Shown piece by piece: positions 49,500 through 60,213 of a DNA stretch of 64,000 nt; the stretch's first letter is position 1; every line of letters starts with the position of its first letter. Below the pieces are notes generated by a model, which was not told the origin of the DNA, did not search any database, and saw only the letters and a list, made by a program, of their open reading frames with translations. Source of the DNA: Nitrospinales bacterium (lineage in GTDB: Bacteria > Nitrospinota > Nitrospinia > Nitrospinales > VA-1). Where the stretch lies: positions 1,952,001-2,016,000 of the forward strand of contig CBDCXL010000002.1 of the NCBI GenBank assembly GCA_965223795.1. The letters run 5' to 3'. The translations under genes and the position numbers were made by a program.

Positions 49500-51290
49500 A
49501 TGAAAACTTTGTTGATATTTCCGGCGCAATGGTATCCCACGCAGCCGTATCTCAGCACGCCCTACCTCACGGCGTATCTCCGCTCGAAAGGCTGGGAAGT
49601 GGACCAGCGGGATCACAACATCGAGTCTTACGACCGCTTTCTGTCTCCTGAGTGGCTGGAGAAATCCGTGAACAAAATGCAGGCCCGCCTGGATGCGGTG
49701 CGCTCCAAAAACCGGTTCACCATTCGGGAGAAATCGCTGCTGGACGTGCTCGCCACGGGAATCAAGTTCGCGCCCGCCATCCTCTCGCAGATCGAGGAAG
49801 CGAAGGCGGTGATGCGCACGCCGGACCGGTTTTTCGATTTCGACTCTTACCAGCAGGCGGACATGGTGATCAAGTCCGCGCTCAAGCTGGTCTCCGATGC
49901 GTACGCGCCTTCGGTGTTTTCCCTGTCCACGTTTGAAAGCGGGACTCGGGCCGAGGAATCGACGCGGCGGGCGGCGCAGTTCACGCAGAACCGCGACGCC
50001 AATCCGTTCATCGGCCTGTACGAAGAAACGCTGCTTCCCGGCGAAAACTGGGGCGATTATCAGGTGGCGGGCATCTCGATCGTGGGCATCTCGCAGATAC
50101 TGCCGGGACTCACGCTGGCGCGCATGCTGAAAGAAACGCAGCCGCACCTGCACGTGGTGCTGGGCGGTCCGATTTTCAGCGTCAACGGCAGCCAGTTGAA
50201 AACGCGGCCGGAATTTTTCGATGCCTTCTGCGACAGCGTCGTTACCTTTGAAGGCGAGGAACCGCTGCACCGTCTCCTTAAGGCGCTCAAAGCGGGAAGT
50301 TCGCTGCACGAGGTTCCCAATCTCATCTTCAAGGAAGACGATGGCGTGTGCCTCAACAAGGAGCGGGTGGAACTGCGTTTCGAGGACCTGCCGCCGCCGA
50401 CGTTCGACGGGCTGGACATGGGACGCTATCTGTCTCCCTATCCCATCCTGCCGGTGCTGCAGAGCCGCGGCTGCTACTGGGGCAAGTGCACGTTCTGCAC
50501 CCACAGCTATGTTTACGGGCACCGCTACGGCAAGCAGCGCACGCGGCAGATGGTGGACGAGCTGGAGTCGCTGTCGAAGCAGTACGGCACGCGCTATTTC
50601 ACGTTTTCCGACGAAGCGGTTTCGCCGCATTCGCTGAACGACGTCTCCGAGGAGATGATCGAACGGGGTTTCGAGATCCGTTCGCTGGCGCTGCTCAAAT
50701 TTGAAAAGGTCATGGACGCAGCGTTGTTCGACAAGATGAAACAGGCGGGTTTCGTGTTTTTGATGTTCGGCCTGGAAAGCGCCAACGACCGCGTGCTTAA
50801 GCTCATCGACAAGGGCACCTGCAAGGAAGTGGAGCAGGAAGTGCTGAAAAAAAGCAGCGATTCGGGGATCTGGAACCACACGTTTCTGTTTTTCGGCTTC
50901 CCGACGGAGACGCAGGACGAGGCGCAGGACACCATCGACTTTCTGATGGACAACCTCGACTCGATCCATTCGTTCGGTCCGGGGGTGTTTCTGCTGAACC
51001 GGGATTCGAGCTGCTACCAGTACCCGGAACGCTACGCGATCGCGAAGATCGTTCAGGACCCGGATGCGGACATCGCCATGAACCTGGATTTCGTCACCAC
51101 GCAAGGCATGTCGCGCGAAGAAGCGGTGGCGATGAACGACAAATGCATTCAGATGGCGGAAGAAAAGTTCCCCTCGCTCAAGATCTGGGGAACGCTGCCG
51201 CGGGAACATTTTCTGCTCTACCTCGACCGCTACGGCAAAGAGGGGCTGAGCGGAAAGCCCAGCCTGAAAGGAAACCAGGTTCTCTGCTGA
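49500..51290 (+). CDS. Cobalamin-binding radical SAM enzyme (first of a tandem pair)
   Basis: N-terminal B12-binding-type domain (GISIV..Q, VLGG, FEGE) and RGCYWGKCTFC. Confidence 0.9.
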   Translation: MKTLLIFPAQWYPTQPYLSTPYLTAYLRSKGWEVDQRDHNIESYDRFLSPEWLEKSVNKMQARLDAVRSKNRFTIREKSLLDVLATGIKFAPAILSQIEEAKAVMRTPDRFFDFDSYQQADMVIKSALKLVSDAYAPSVFSLSTFESGTRAEESTRRAAQFTQNRDANPFIGLYEETLLPGENWGDYQVAGISIVGISQILPGLTLARMLKETQPHLHVVLGGPIFSVNGSQLKTRPEFFDAFCDSVVTFEGEEPLHRLLKALKAGSSLHEVPNLIFKEDDGVCLNKERVELRFEDLPPPTFDGLDMGRYLSPYPILPVLQSRGCYWGKCTFCTHSYVYGHRYGKQRTRQMVDELESLSKQYGTRYFTFSDEAVSPHSLNDVSEEMIERGFEIRSLALLKFEKVMDAALFDKMKQAGFVFLMFGLESANDRVLKLIDKGTCKEVEQEVLKKSSDSGIWNHTFLFFGFPTETQDEAQDTIDFLMDNLDSIHSFGPGVFLLNRDSSCYQYPERYAIAKIVQDPDADIAMNLDFVTTQGMSREEAVAMNDKCIQMAEEKFPSLKIWGTLPREHFLLYLDRYGKEGLSGKPSLKGNQVLC

Positions 51291-51338
51291 CCGGGGGAAC
51301 CGTTTCCGCAAGGGCTGACACCAATTGGGAATCGTACG

Positions 51339-53150
51339 ATGAAAATCCTGCTTCTGTTTCCACCGGACTGGCTCCCCTCGGAGCCCTATCTGAGCCTGCC
51401 TTCGCTCACGTCGGTCCTGCGACCCAAAGGACACGAGGTGATCCAGAAAGACATCAATGTGGAGATGTACGACCTGTTCTTCAGCTCGCCGTTCATGGAC
51501 CACATCGCCGGCCGGATCGCCTACGAGGTGAACCATCTCAAGTATGTGCAGTCCCATCAGGGGCTGAACGAAGAGGAGCAGGCGCTGCTAGACCAGCTGT
51601 CTGCCTGCACGTCGGAGCGGATCGCCGCGCTGAAGCAGGATGTCGAGCGGGCGAAGGCGATTTTGAGAAGCGAATCGTTTTACGAAATCGATTCATTGGA
51701 ATGGGCGACGCAGGTCCTGCACGAGACGATGGCGTTCATCTCGCTCGGCTACTATCCGGCGCAGATCTGTTTTCCGCCCATCGAGACGGACCTCGTCTAC
51801 AAGCCGTTCATGTCCACCGAGATCCTGGAATCCCTGGACGACCGGCAGATCAATGTGTACCGCGACGTGTACCGCAAGCTGGTGCTGCCGGTCATGCAAA
51901 AGGAGCGGCCCGGCGTGGTGGGCATTTCCGTCGTGCAGCAGAAGCAGCTCATCGCCACGTTCACGTTCTGCAAACTGATCAAAGAGGATTTTCCCGAGAC
52001 GCACATCACGCTGGGCGGCAACATCGTCACGCGCATCCGCGACGTGCTGCCGGAAAAACCCGCGCTGTTCGATCACTTCGACAGCGCGGTGGTGTACGAG
52101 GGCGAGAGCGCCTTTCTCAAGCTGGTCGAAGCGGTGGAGAACAAGGCGGATTTTTCCAAACTGCCGAACCTGATCTACAAGGACGCGGCGGGCGTGCACG
52201 TGAACAAAGAGGTGTTCGCCGAGGATCTGTCCGAGCTGCCGCCGCCGGATTTCGACGGCCTGCCGCTGGACAAGTACTTTGTGCCGGAGCTGATCCTGCC
52301 GTACCTCGCGACGCGCGGCTGCTACTGGGGCCGCTGCACGTTCTGCGATCATTTCCAGGGCTACGTGGAAGGGTTCCGCACCAAGCAGGTGGATCAGATC
52401 GTCGATGAGATCGAGTTTCTCAAGGACAAATACGGCACCCGTTTTTTTCATTTCACCGACGAGTCGTATCCTCCGGCGCTGTTCCGCAAGCTGTCGCGCG
52501 AGCTGATCGAGAAGCAATCCAACATCGTCTGGACCACGCACATGCGTTTCGAGGAATCGCTGCTCGATGAGGAAGTGTGGCAGGACGTGCACGCTTCGGG
52601 CTGCCGTTACCTGCACTTCGGCTACGAATCGGGCAACCAGCGCGTGCTCCAGTTGATGGACAAGGCGACCAACCTCGACGCGATCCGCACGAACCTGCGC
52701 ATGTCCTCGGAAGCCGGCATCTGGAACCACATCATGGGATTTTTCGGGTTTCCCGGCGAGACCAACGAAGAGGCCGACGACAGCAAGCGCTTCGTGCACG
52801 AGAACCGCGAGCACATCCATTCGCTCGGCTTCATGACCTATGTGCTCGGCAAATACAGTCCGGTGGCGTTCGAGCCGGACAAGTACGGCGTGTCGTATTA
52901 TAAAAATCCCGAATGGGATCTGGCGCTCGACTATTACTTCACCGTCGACAAGGGGCTGGGCATCCAGGAGGCGATGGACGTGTTCGAGGAATTCGAAAAG
53001 AACCACGATCCGCGCTGGGACCTGCGCACCTGCGTGCGTGAGTACATCTTCCTCTACATCGAACGCTTCGGCACCAACAAGCTGACGCAATTGCAGATGG
53101 GGCCCGATCAACGGCGCCAGGCCTTCCAGAGCCCGGTGGGAATGGTGTAG
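51339..53150 (+). CDS. Cobalamin-binding radical SAM enzyme (paralog)
   Basis: Same architecture as the upstream gene; RGCYWGRCTFC, FGYES and FFGFPGET. Confidence 0.9.
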   Translation: MKILLLFPPDWLPSEPYLSLPSLTSVLRPKGHEVIQKDINVEMYDLFFSSPFMDHIAGRIAYEVNHLKYVQSHQGLNEEEQALLDQLSACTSERIAALKQDVERAKAILRSESFYEIDSLEWATQVLHETMAFISLGYYPAQICFPPIETDLVYKPFMSTEILESLDDRQINVYRDVYRKLVLPVMQKERPGVVGISVVQQKQLIATFTFCKLIKEDFPETHITLGGNIVTRIRDVLPEKPALFDHFDSAVVYEGESAFLKLVEAVENKADFSKLPNLIYKDAAGVHVNKEVFAEDLSELPPPDFDGLPLDKYFVPELILPYLATRGCYWGRCTFCDHFQGYVEGFRTKQVDQIVDEIEFLKDKYGTRFFHFTDESYPPALFRKLSRELIEKQSNIVWTTHMRFEESLLDEEVWQDVHASGCRYLHFGYESGNQRVLQLMDKATNLDAIRTNLRMSSEAGIWNHIMGFFGFPGETNEEADDSKRFVHENREHIHSLGFMTYVLGKYSPVAFEPDKYGVSYYKNPEWDLALDYYFTVDKGLGIQEAMDVFEEFEKNHDPRWDLRTCVREYIFLYIERFGTNKLTQLQMGPDQRRQAFQSPVGMV

Positions 53151-53375
53151 CCCGTCCCGCACCGCCAGCCCTTTTTTTCTCCCTGACCGCCATTTCCCTT
53201 TAGGCCGCCGCTGTCCCCCGGCCCCGGGCCCGCTTCACACCCGCTTTTCGACCCTTTCCCCGTCCAATCCGGAACCGTTTTTTTTTGCAAAATTTGTCAT
53301 TCTCTGGCTGAAATATTATCGCCTGTGGGCATTTTTGCATACAATCCGGCGGTGAAACTCCAGTAACTCGCTTAA

Positions 53376-53408
53376 AATCAATATCTTGTGTTTGGCACAG
53401 CCCTTGCT
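53376..53408 (+). promoter_or_regulatory. sigma54 promoter with adjacent IHF-like site
   Basis: TTGGCACAGCCCTTGCT (53392-53408) matches TGGCAC-N5-TTGC; AATCAATATCTTG (53376-53388) matches WATCAA-N4-TTR. Confidence 0.8.
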
Positions 53409-53476
53409 CTTTTACGAGTGCTATTCATATAAAGAACCGATCCCAAACTCCGGATACCAGCAAAAAGGGAAATTGT

Positions 53477-56473
53477 ATGAAAACCGCCTCCTGGAAGAAA
53501 AACTGGCTGTCGTTCGCTGTTTCGCTCGTTCTCTGGCTCGGGACCCCTGTCTCCGGTCCGGCCGCGCCGCTGCACGAAGCCGCGAAATCCGGCGATGTGA
53601 AACAGATCCAGAAACTGTTCGAGCAGGGCACGAGCATGAGCGTGGCGAACGATGCGGGCGACACGGCGCTGCACCTCGCCGCCGAAAACGGACAGCTGGA
53701 TGCGGTGAAGCTGCTGCTGGCAAAAGGAGCGAAGGTCGATCAGAAAAACGACAACGGCAACACGCCGCTGCACAAGGCGGTGTATTCGGGCAAGCGGCCG
53801 GTGCTGGAATTTTTGATCGCCAAAGGCGCCGATGTTTCCAAGACCAACGATGTGGGTTCGTACGCCCTGCACCTCGCCGCCTACGAAGGCGACGCCAAAC
53901 TCGCGAAATTTCTGATCGGCAAAGGCAACCCCGCCGACGCGCCCATCGATACGGGTGAGACGCCGCTTTACTACGCCGCGCATGCGGGGAACGCGGAGCT
54001 GGTCGCGCACCTTTTAAAGCTGGGCGCCGACGTTCAGGCTGTCAATGAAGACGGCGTCACGCCGCTGCACGAAGCGGCGCGTTCGGGTTCGGTGAAAGCG
54101 GTGGAGCTTCTGCTCAAAAAGGGCGCCGATCCGCGGGCGAAGGACGACGAAGGGGACGAGCCGATTCATTTCGCGGCGCTCAGGGGGCACGCAGCGGTGG
54201 TGAACACCCTGCTCGCGCACGGCGCCGCATTCATGGCCGCCGACCACAACGGCTGGACGGCCATCGAGGACGCGGCGTCCAACGGGCATCTCAACGTCGT
54301 GCGAACGCTCATGGCCTACGGCATCGACCCGGATCACCGCGACCCGACCGGAGCCAACCTGCTCTACTGGGCGGCGGGATCGGGCAATCTCAAGCTGGTG
54401 AAGTACCTGGAAGCGAAAGGCGCTGAGGCGAACGTCGCCAGCGAAAAGGGGATCACGCCCATGCACCGCGCCGCGGGCTCGGGCAACGTGGCCCTGATGA
54501 AGCATTTCAAACGCCGGGGGCTTGCCGTCGATGAAGCGTCCCGGCAGAGGCACGTGACGCCGCTGCACCGGGCGGCGCGTCTCGGCTCGCAATCGGCGGT
54601 GCATTATCTGGTGAGCCAGGGGGCCGACGTCAACGCCGAGACCCAGGATGGAAAAAGCGTGCTGCATCTGGCGGCGGAATACGGCGGCCTGAAACTGGTT
54701 CGCTATCTGGTGGAGAAAGGCGCGAAGGTCCGCAAGGAAAGCGCCAAGGGCAACACGGCGCTGCACGGCGCGGCGCGATCCGGCAGGGCCGAAACGGTGA
54801 AGTACCTGCTCGCCCAGGGCGCGAGCCTGCATGCGAAAAACAGCAACGGCGACACGCCGCTGCTTCTGGCCGCGTATTCCGGGGACCTGGCAACGGCGCG
54901 GTTTTTGATAGCACGGGGCGCGAAGGTCAACGGCAAAAATTCCGATGGCGTGACGCCGCTTCTGGAGGCCGTGTATTACGGTGAGAAGGATCTGGTCGCG
55001 TTTCTCCTGGATAAGGGGGCGCGGGCGCAGGACACAGACGTTAGGGGCCGGACGGCGCTTCACTACGCGGCCTACAAAGGGAAAAAGTCCATCGCCGAAC
55101 TGCTGCTGACAAAAGGCGTGCAGCTCAACGCACAGGATGATGAAGAAGAAACGGCGCTGCACCTGGCGGCCGATACCGGTAAAAAAACGGTGATCGAGTT
55201 TTTGTTCTCGAAGGGCATGAACGTGAACGCCCAGGATCAGGACGGCGACACGCCGCTGCACCACGCAGCGCGCAACGATTCCTTGTCGAGTGTGGAAAGC
55301 CTGGTCGCTCTCGGGGCGAAGACGGACGTGCTCAACGAGCAGAAGGAAGCGGCGATGCACGAGGTGGCGGCTTACGGCTCCAGGCACCTGGCGGCCTTTC
55401 TGCTCGCGAACCATAAGGGAACGTTTTCCAAATGCACCTGCGGCAAAACGCCGCTGCATCTGGCGGCGGCATCGGGCAACCAGCCGGTGCTGGATCTTCT
55501 GGTCGCGCACGGCGAAGACCTGGAAGAGGAGGACGATGAGGACCGCACGGCGCTGCTCATCGCCCTGGAAGGCGAACACAGGAAAATGGCGCAGTCTCTG
55601 GTGACTCAGGGAGCGAACATCGACGTCGCCGATGCCAACGGCACCACGCCGCTGCACTGGGCGGCAGGACTGGGCGATCAAACGCTGACGGACCTGTTCA
55701 TCGCCAAAGGACTCAAGATCGCAAAGAAAAACGATGTGGGGGACACGGCCCTGCACTTTGCGGCATCTTCCGGCAACGTGGAACTTGTGCAATCGCTGCT
55801 CGCCCGCGGCGCCGACCCGGATGAACGCGGCGAAGAAGGCACGACGCCGTTGCACGTTGCGGTGGACTTCGGTCATGAGGACGTGGTGGCGCTGCTTCTG
55901 GAGAAAGGCGCCGATCCGGGAGTGAAGTATTCGTGGAACCGTTCGGTGCTGCACACGGCGGCCCAGCGCGGCAATCTCGAGCTGATGCGTCTGTTTCTCA
56001 AAAAAGGCGTGCTGATCGAAGCGGGACGCATGGGGATCACGCCGCTGCACGTCGCGGCCATGAACGGGCACGAGGAGGTGGCCGAACTTCTGCTGGAGGA
56101 GGGCGCCGATGTGGAGGAAACCATTTTCTCCGGTTTGACGGCGCTGCATTTCGCAGTGATGGACAGCGACACCGATCTGACCCGGCTGCTGCTGGAAAAG
56201 GGCGCCAAGGTGGATTCGACGTTTCTCTTCGGCATGACGCCGCTGCACCTCGCGGTGCTGGGACAGAAGAAGGAAATTGTGGAACTGTTGATCGAAAAAG
56301 GCGCGGATGTGAACGGGAAGTTTTTCTTCATGGTCACGCCGCTGGAATTCGCCGCGAGCAGCGGGGACAAGGAAATGATCCAGCTGCTCAAAAGCCACGG
56401 CGCGGTGCCGCCGACCCAATCCGACAAGATGCTGCGCCATGTTTTGAGCGCGTTCGCGAGCATCCTGCTGTGA
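53477..56473 (+). CDS. Secreted ankyrin-repeat protein, about 29 repeats
   Basis: Signal peptide, then continuous G.TPLH.AA..G....V..LL..GA units. Confidence 0.95.
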   Translation: MKTASWKKNWLSFAVSLVLWLGTPVSGPAAPLHEAAKSGDVKQIQKLFEQGTSMSVANDAGDTALHLAAENGQLDAVKLLLAKGAKVDQKNDNGNTPLHKAVYSGKRPVLEFLIAKGADVSKTNDVGSYALHLAAYEGDAKLAKFLIGKGNPADAPIDTGETPLYYAAHAGNAELVAHLLKLGADVQAVNEDGVTPLHEAARSGSVKAVELLLKKGADPRAKDDEGDEPIHFAALRGHAAVVNTLLAHGAAFMAADHNGWTAIEDAASNGHLNVVRTLMAYGIDPDHRDPTGANLLYWAAGSGNLKLVKYLEAKGAEANVASEKGITPMHRAAGSGNVALMKHFKRRGLAVDEASRQRHVTPLHRAARLGSQSAVHYLVSQGADVNAETQDGKSVLHLAAEYGGLKLVRYLVEKGAKVRKESAKGNTALHGAARSGRAETVKYLLAQGASLHAKNSNGDTPLLLAAYSGDLATARFLIARGAKVNGKNSDGVTPLLEAVYYGEKDLVAFLLDKGARAQDTDVRGRTALHYAAYKGKKSIAELLLTKGVQLNAQDDEEETALHLAADTGKKTVIEFLFSKGMNVNAQDQDGDTPLHHAARNDSLSSVESLVALGAKTDVLNEQKEAAMHEVAAYGSRHLAAFLLANHKGTFSKCTCGKTPLHLAAASGNQPVLDLLVAHGEDLEEEDDEDRTALLIALEGEHRKMAQSLVTQGANIDVADANGTTPLHWAAGLGDQTLTDLFIAKGLKIAKKNDVGDTALHFAASSGNVELVQSLLARGADPDERGEEGTTPLHVAVDFGHEDVVALLLEKGADPGVKYSWNRSVLHTAAQRGNLELMRLFLKKGVLIEAGRMGITPLHVAAMNGHEEVAELLLEEGADVEETIFSGLTALHFAVMDSDTDLTRLLLEKGAKVDSTFLFGMTPLHLAVLGQKKEIVELLIEKGADVNGKFFFMVTPLEFAASSGDKEMIQLLKSHGAVPPTQSDKMLRHVLSAFASILL

Positions 56474-56767
56474 CGCGACGGTTCCCGCGAAATGCTGGCT
56501 TCGCGGGACCGGAGCCCGAAGCACTGAGTCTCCCTTCGCAGTTGCTTCCAGCACCCAAAACAGAACCCCACAGGACCGGTCCCCGGTCATTTGACGCTGC
56601 CGGAAAGGCTGTGCTACAATCCCTTCCGCCTAATCTATCAAGTCCATAGCGCCCGCCGGGGCCTTCAGGGGCCTGCTTTCGGCCTCTCTTTGATCCTTCC
56701 GAAGGGATTCGGAGAATCAAATCCGGCCTGTTCGCATCTAAAAGACAACACATCCGTGGAGAATGAA

Positions 56768-57580
56768 GTGGGAATCACTTTTGCAAAAATGAGCGGCACC
56801 GGCAACGATTTTGTCCTCATCGACAACCGCACGCCTGTGCTCGCCGATTCCGAGAAACCCGAATTCGTGAAAAAGGTGTGCGCCCCGAAAACCTCCGTGG
56901 GTGCGGACGGGGTGATCTTCCTGGAAAATTCCGACCGGGCGGACATCAAGTGGGATTTTTTCAATGCCGACGGTTCCAAAGCCGAGATGTGCGGCAACGG
57001 CGCGCGCTGCGTGGCGCGCTACGCCCATGAGAAAAACATCGCGCCGAAAAACCTGACCCTGGAAACGCTGGCGGGCATCATCACCGCCGAGGTGAACGGA
57101 ACCGAAGTGCGCATCCGGCTCACGCCGCCCGAAAATCTGCTGCAAAATATCGCCGTCGAGCTTGAGAGCGGGAAAGTCGTGCTCGACAGCATCAACACCG
57201 GCGTGCCGCATGCGATCCTGTATTGCGACAACCTGGAGAACGAGGACGTGCGCGCCCTGGGCCGGGACATCCGCCACCATTCGCAGTTCGCACCCGCCGG
57301 CACGAACGTGGACTTCGTGCAGAAAGTGGACGGCCATTCGCTGAAGATCCGCACCTACGAGCGCGGCGTGGAAGACGAAACCCTGGCCTGCGGCACGGGT
57401 GTGGTGGCCTCGGCGCTGCTCGCGACGCTGAAAAATCAGGTGCAGCCGCCGGTCACCGTCGAGACGCGCGGCGGCGACATCCTGAAAGTCGATTTCGATC
57501 CTTCCAACGGTTCGGTTCACGAGGTGTACCTCACCGGATCGACGCGCCTCGCGTTCGAGGGAACCCTGGTAGAAATCTGA
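56768..57580 (+). CDS. dapF: Diaminopimelate epimerase
   Basis: KMSGTGNDF, EMCGNG, GVPH and ERGVEDETLACGTG motifs; GTG start with GGAG RBS. Confidence 0.96.
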   Translation: MGITFAKMSGTGNDFVLIDNRTPVLADSEKPEFVKKVCAPKTSVGADGVIFLENSDRADIKWDFFNADGSKAEMCGNGARCVARYAHEKNIAPKNLTLETLAGIITAEVNGTEVRIRLTPPENLLQNIAVELESGKVVLDSINTGVPHAILYCDNLENEDVRALGRDIRHHSQFAPAGTNVDFVQKVDGHSLKIRTYERGVEDETLACGTGVVASALLATLKNQVQPPVTVETRGGDILKVDFDPSNGSVHEVYLTGSTRLAFEGTLVEI

Positions 57581-57613
57581 TCTGTTCCTTTTTTTACTTC
57601 CGGAGACACACCG

Positions 57614-58492
57614 ATGTTTGAAGGTTCCCTGGTTGCCATCGTCACGCCCTTTAAGAATGGAAAGGTGGATGAAACCGCGTTTCGCGAGCTCATCGACTTT
57701 CAGATCGCCGGCGGCACGCAAAGCATCGTGCCCTGCGGCACCACCGGGGAATCGGCGACGCTGAGCCACGAGGAGCACGACGCGGTGATCCGCATCACGG
57801 TGGAGGCGTGCCGCGGCAGGAACGTGAAGGTGCTCGCCGGCACCGGGTCGAACTCCACCTGGGAGGCGATCGAGATGACCCGGCTCGCCGAGAAAGCGGG
57901 CGCGGACGGCTCCCTGCAGGTGACGCCGTACTACAACAAGCCGAGCCAGGAGGGCCTGTACCGGCATTACGAGACGATCGCCAAGGAGACGGACCTGCCG
58001 ATCATCCTTTACAACGTGCCGAGCCGCACGTCGGTCAATCTGCTGCCGCCTACGGTTGCACGGCTGGCAAATATAAAGAACATCGTCGGCATCAAGGAGG
58101 CGTCGGGCTCGCTGACGCAGATCAGCGAAGTGGTCGCCCTGTGCGGCGAAGATTTCACCGTGCTGTCCGGGGACGACGCGCTCACCTGGCCGATCCTCGC
58201 GGTCGGCGGCAAGGGAGTGATCTCCGTGGTCGCCAACATCCTGCCGGACAGGGTGGCGGCGTTGTGCGCTGCGGCGCGCGCGGGCGACCTTGAGCAGGCA
58301 CAGGCGCTGCACTATGAAATGCGGGAACTGGTCGATGCGCTGTTCATCGAGACCAACCCGGTACCCGTCAAGACCGCGCTGGGATTCATGGGAAAAATCG
58401 ATCCGGAACTCCGTTCTCCGCTGTCACCGCTGTCCGAAGCGAATGCGGAGACGCTGCGGTCGGTGCTGTCCACCTGTTCTCTGGTGGCTTGA
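57614..58492 (+). CDS. dapA: 4-hydroxy-tetrahydrodipicolinate synthase
   Basis: GTTGES, PYYNKP, YNVPSRT and GIKEAS motifs. Confidence 0.97.
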   Translation: MFEGSLVAIVTPFKNGKVDETAFRELIDFQIAGGTQSIVPCGTTGESATLSHEEHDAVIRITVEACRGRNVKVLAGTGSNSTWEAIEMTRLAEKAGADGSLQVTPYYNKPSQEGLYRHYETIAKETDLPIILYNVPSRTSVNLLPPTVARLANIKNIVGIKEASGSLTQISEVVALCGEDFTVLSGDDALTWPILAVGGKGVISVVANILPDRVAALCAAARAGDLEQAQALHYEMRELVDALFIETNPVPVKTALGFMGKIDPELRSPLSPLSEANAETLRSVLSTCSLVA

Positions 58493-58612
58493 TTTATTGC
58501 GCCTTTTCGGGCGGTCACGACGCTGCATTGCAAACCGGGTTCGCGGGCGGGGCGGTTGCGCTTGCATTTTGAGTTTCACTTATTGTCAAATGGTCATGAC
58601 TGAGGAGGTCCT

Positions 58613-59413
58613 TTGATTCGCATACTGGTGATCGGTGCGGCGGGCAGGATGGGACGCACGCTCGTTGCCTGCATCGACGACACGGAAGGGGTCGAGGTCG
58701 CGGGTGGAACGGAAAATCCCGGCCATCCCTCGGTCGGCAGCGACCTGGGCGAGCTTGCGGGCATCGGCAAGAACGGCATCGCGCTGATCGATCAGCTGGA
58801 CCGGGCGGTGGAAAACTGCGATGTGATCATCGATTTCACCACGCCGGAATGCAGCCTGCAGACGCTGAACGTCGCGGCGAACCAGGGACGGCCGGTGGTG
58901 CTGGGCACCACGGGATTTTCCAAGGCGCAGAAAAGCGAGATCGCCCGTTTCGCCGGCAAAACCCATTGTGTGATGGCGCCCAATATGAGCATCGGGGTCA
59001 ACCTGTTGTTCAAGCTGGTGCGCGACGCGGCCCGGGCGCTGGGCGACGACTACGATGTGGAGATCGTCGAGGCGCACCACAAATTCAAAAAGGACGCGCC
59101 CAGCGGCACGGCGGTGCGGGTTTCCGAGATCGTCGCCGAGGCGCTGAACCGGGACCTCGACGAAGTCGGCGTGTACGGCCGCAAAGGCACTCACGTGCGG
59201 GACCCGAAAGAGATCGGCGTGCACACGTTGCGGGCCGGGGACATCGTCGGCGAGCATCGGGTGCTGTTCGGCGGGATGGGGGAGAACCTGGAAATCTTTC
59301 ACCGCGCGCAAAGCCGTGAGACGTTCGCGCGGGGCGCGGTGCGGGCCGCGCAATGGGTGGTCGATCAGCCCGTCGGCCTGTACGACATGCAGGATGTGCT
59401 GGGATTGAAATGA
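58613..59413 (+). CDS. dapB: 4-hydroxy-tetrahydrodipicolinate reductase
   Basis: GAAGRMG, GTTG and EAHHKFKKDAPSGTA motifs. Confidence 0.97.
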   Translation: MIRILVIGAAGRMGRTLVACIDDTEGVEVAGGTENPGHPSVGSDLGELAGIGKNGIALIDQLDRAVENCDVIIDFTTPECSLQTLNVAANQGRPVVLGTTGFSKAQKSEIARFAGKTHCVMAPNMSIGVNLLFKLVRDAARALGDDYDVEIVEAHHKFKKDAPSGTAVRVSEIVAEALNRDLDEVGVYGRKGTHVRDPKEIGVHTLRAGDIVGEHRVLFGGMGENLEIFHRAQSRETFARGAVRAAQWVVDQPVGLYDMQDVLGLK

Positions 59414-59457
59414 GGGGTTCGCCCCCGGATTGGCGGCGCGCATCCCGGGAGGGCATC

Positions 59458-60213
59458 GTGAAACGATCCTTTTTCAAAACACCGTTCGACAGACGGTCGC
59501 TTCTTAAAATCTTTTCCTTTTCCGCGCTGGCGGCGTTTTTGCCCAAAAACGCGTCCGGCATCGGCGACTACCGCAACGACAAGAACATCCCCAAAAAATA
59601 CATTCAAAACCGCGACGTGCCGGGTTTTCACATCCGCAGCGCCAATCCCTTTCTCGGCGTGGACATCAATTCCTGGGCGCTGGTGATCGGCGGCAAGGTC
59701 AAGCAGACCGTGGCCTTCAGTTATGAGGACCTGTTCGGATTCAAGACGGTGTCGCAGGTGTCGCGCCTCAAATGCGTGGAATGTTGGAGCGCCAAGGCCA
59801 CCTGGGAGGGGTTCCGCTTCGAGGAACTGCTGAGCCGCGTGCAGCCCGACCCTAAGGCCAAGTACGTGTATTTCGAATCGGCGGATTCCTACTACGAAAG
59901 CTTCTCGATCGAGGAACTCAAGCAGCCGCGGGTGCTGTTCGTCCTGCGCATGAACGGCAATCCGCTGTCGCGCGACCACGGTTTTCCGCTGCGCCTGATC
60001 GCGCCGTTCAAGTACGGCTACAAGAACGTGAAGTACATCACCCGCATGGAATTCACCGACACGCGCAAGCGCAACTACTGGGCCAACAACGGGCCCTATT
60101 CGGTGGACGGCACCATTCAGCCGGGCATCGACCACCCTCTGGATTTCAAAAAGAAACCCCTGCCCATCAACGGCGGCGAGGTGTTTCATCCCTTCGACAA
60201 ACGCCCCTCATGA
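59458..60213 (+). CDS. Tat-exported molybdopterin oxidoreductase, MsrP/YedY-like (sulfite oxidase family)
   Basis: DRRSLLK Tat motif; CVECWS; HGFPLRLIAPFKYGYKNVK. Confidence 0.85.
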   Translation: MKRSFFKTPFDRRSLLKIFSFSALAAFLPKNASGIGDYRNDKNIPKKYIQNRDVPGFHIRSANPFLGVDINSWALVIGGKVKQTVAFSYEDLFGFKTVSQVSRLKCVECWSAKATWEGFRFEELLSRVQPDPKAKYVYFESADSYYESFSIEELKQPRVLFVLRMNGNPLSRDHGFPLRLIAPFKYGYKNVKYITRMEFTDTRKRNYWANNGPYSVDGTIQPGIDHPLDFKKKPLPINGGEVFHPFDKRPS

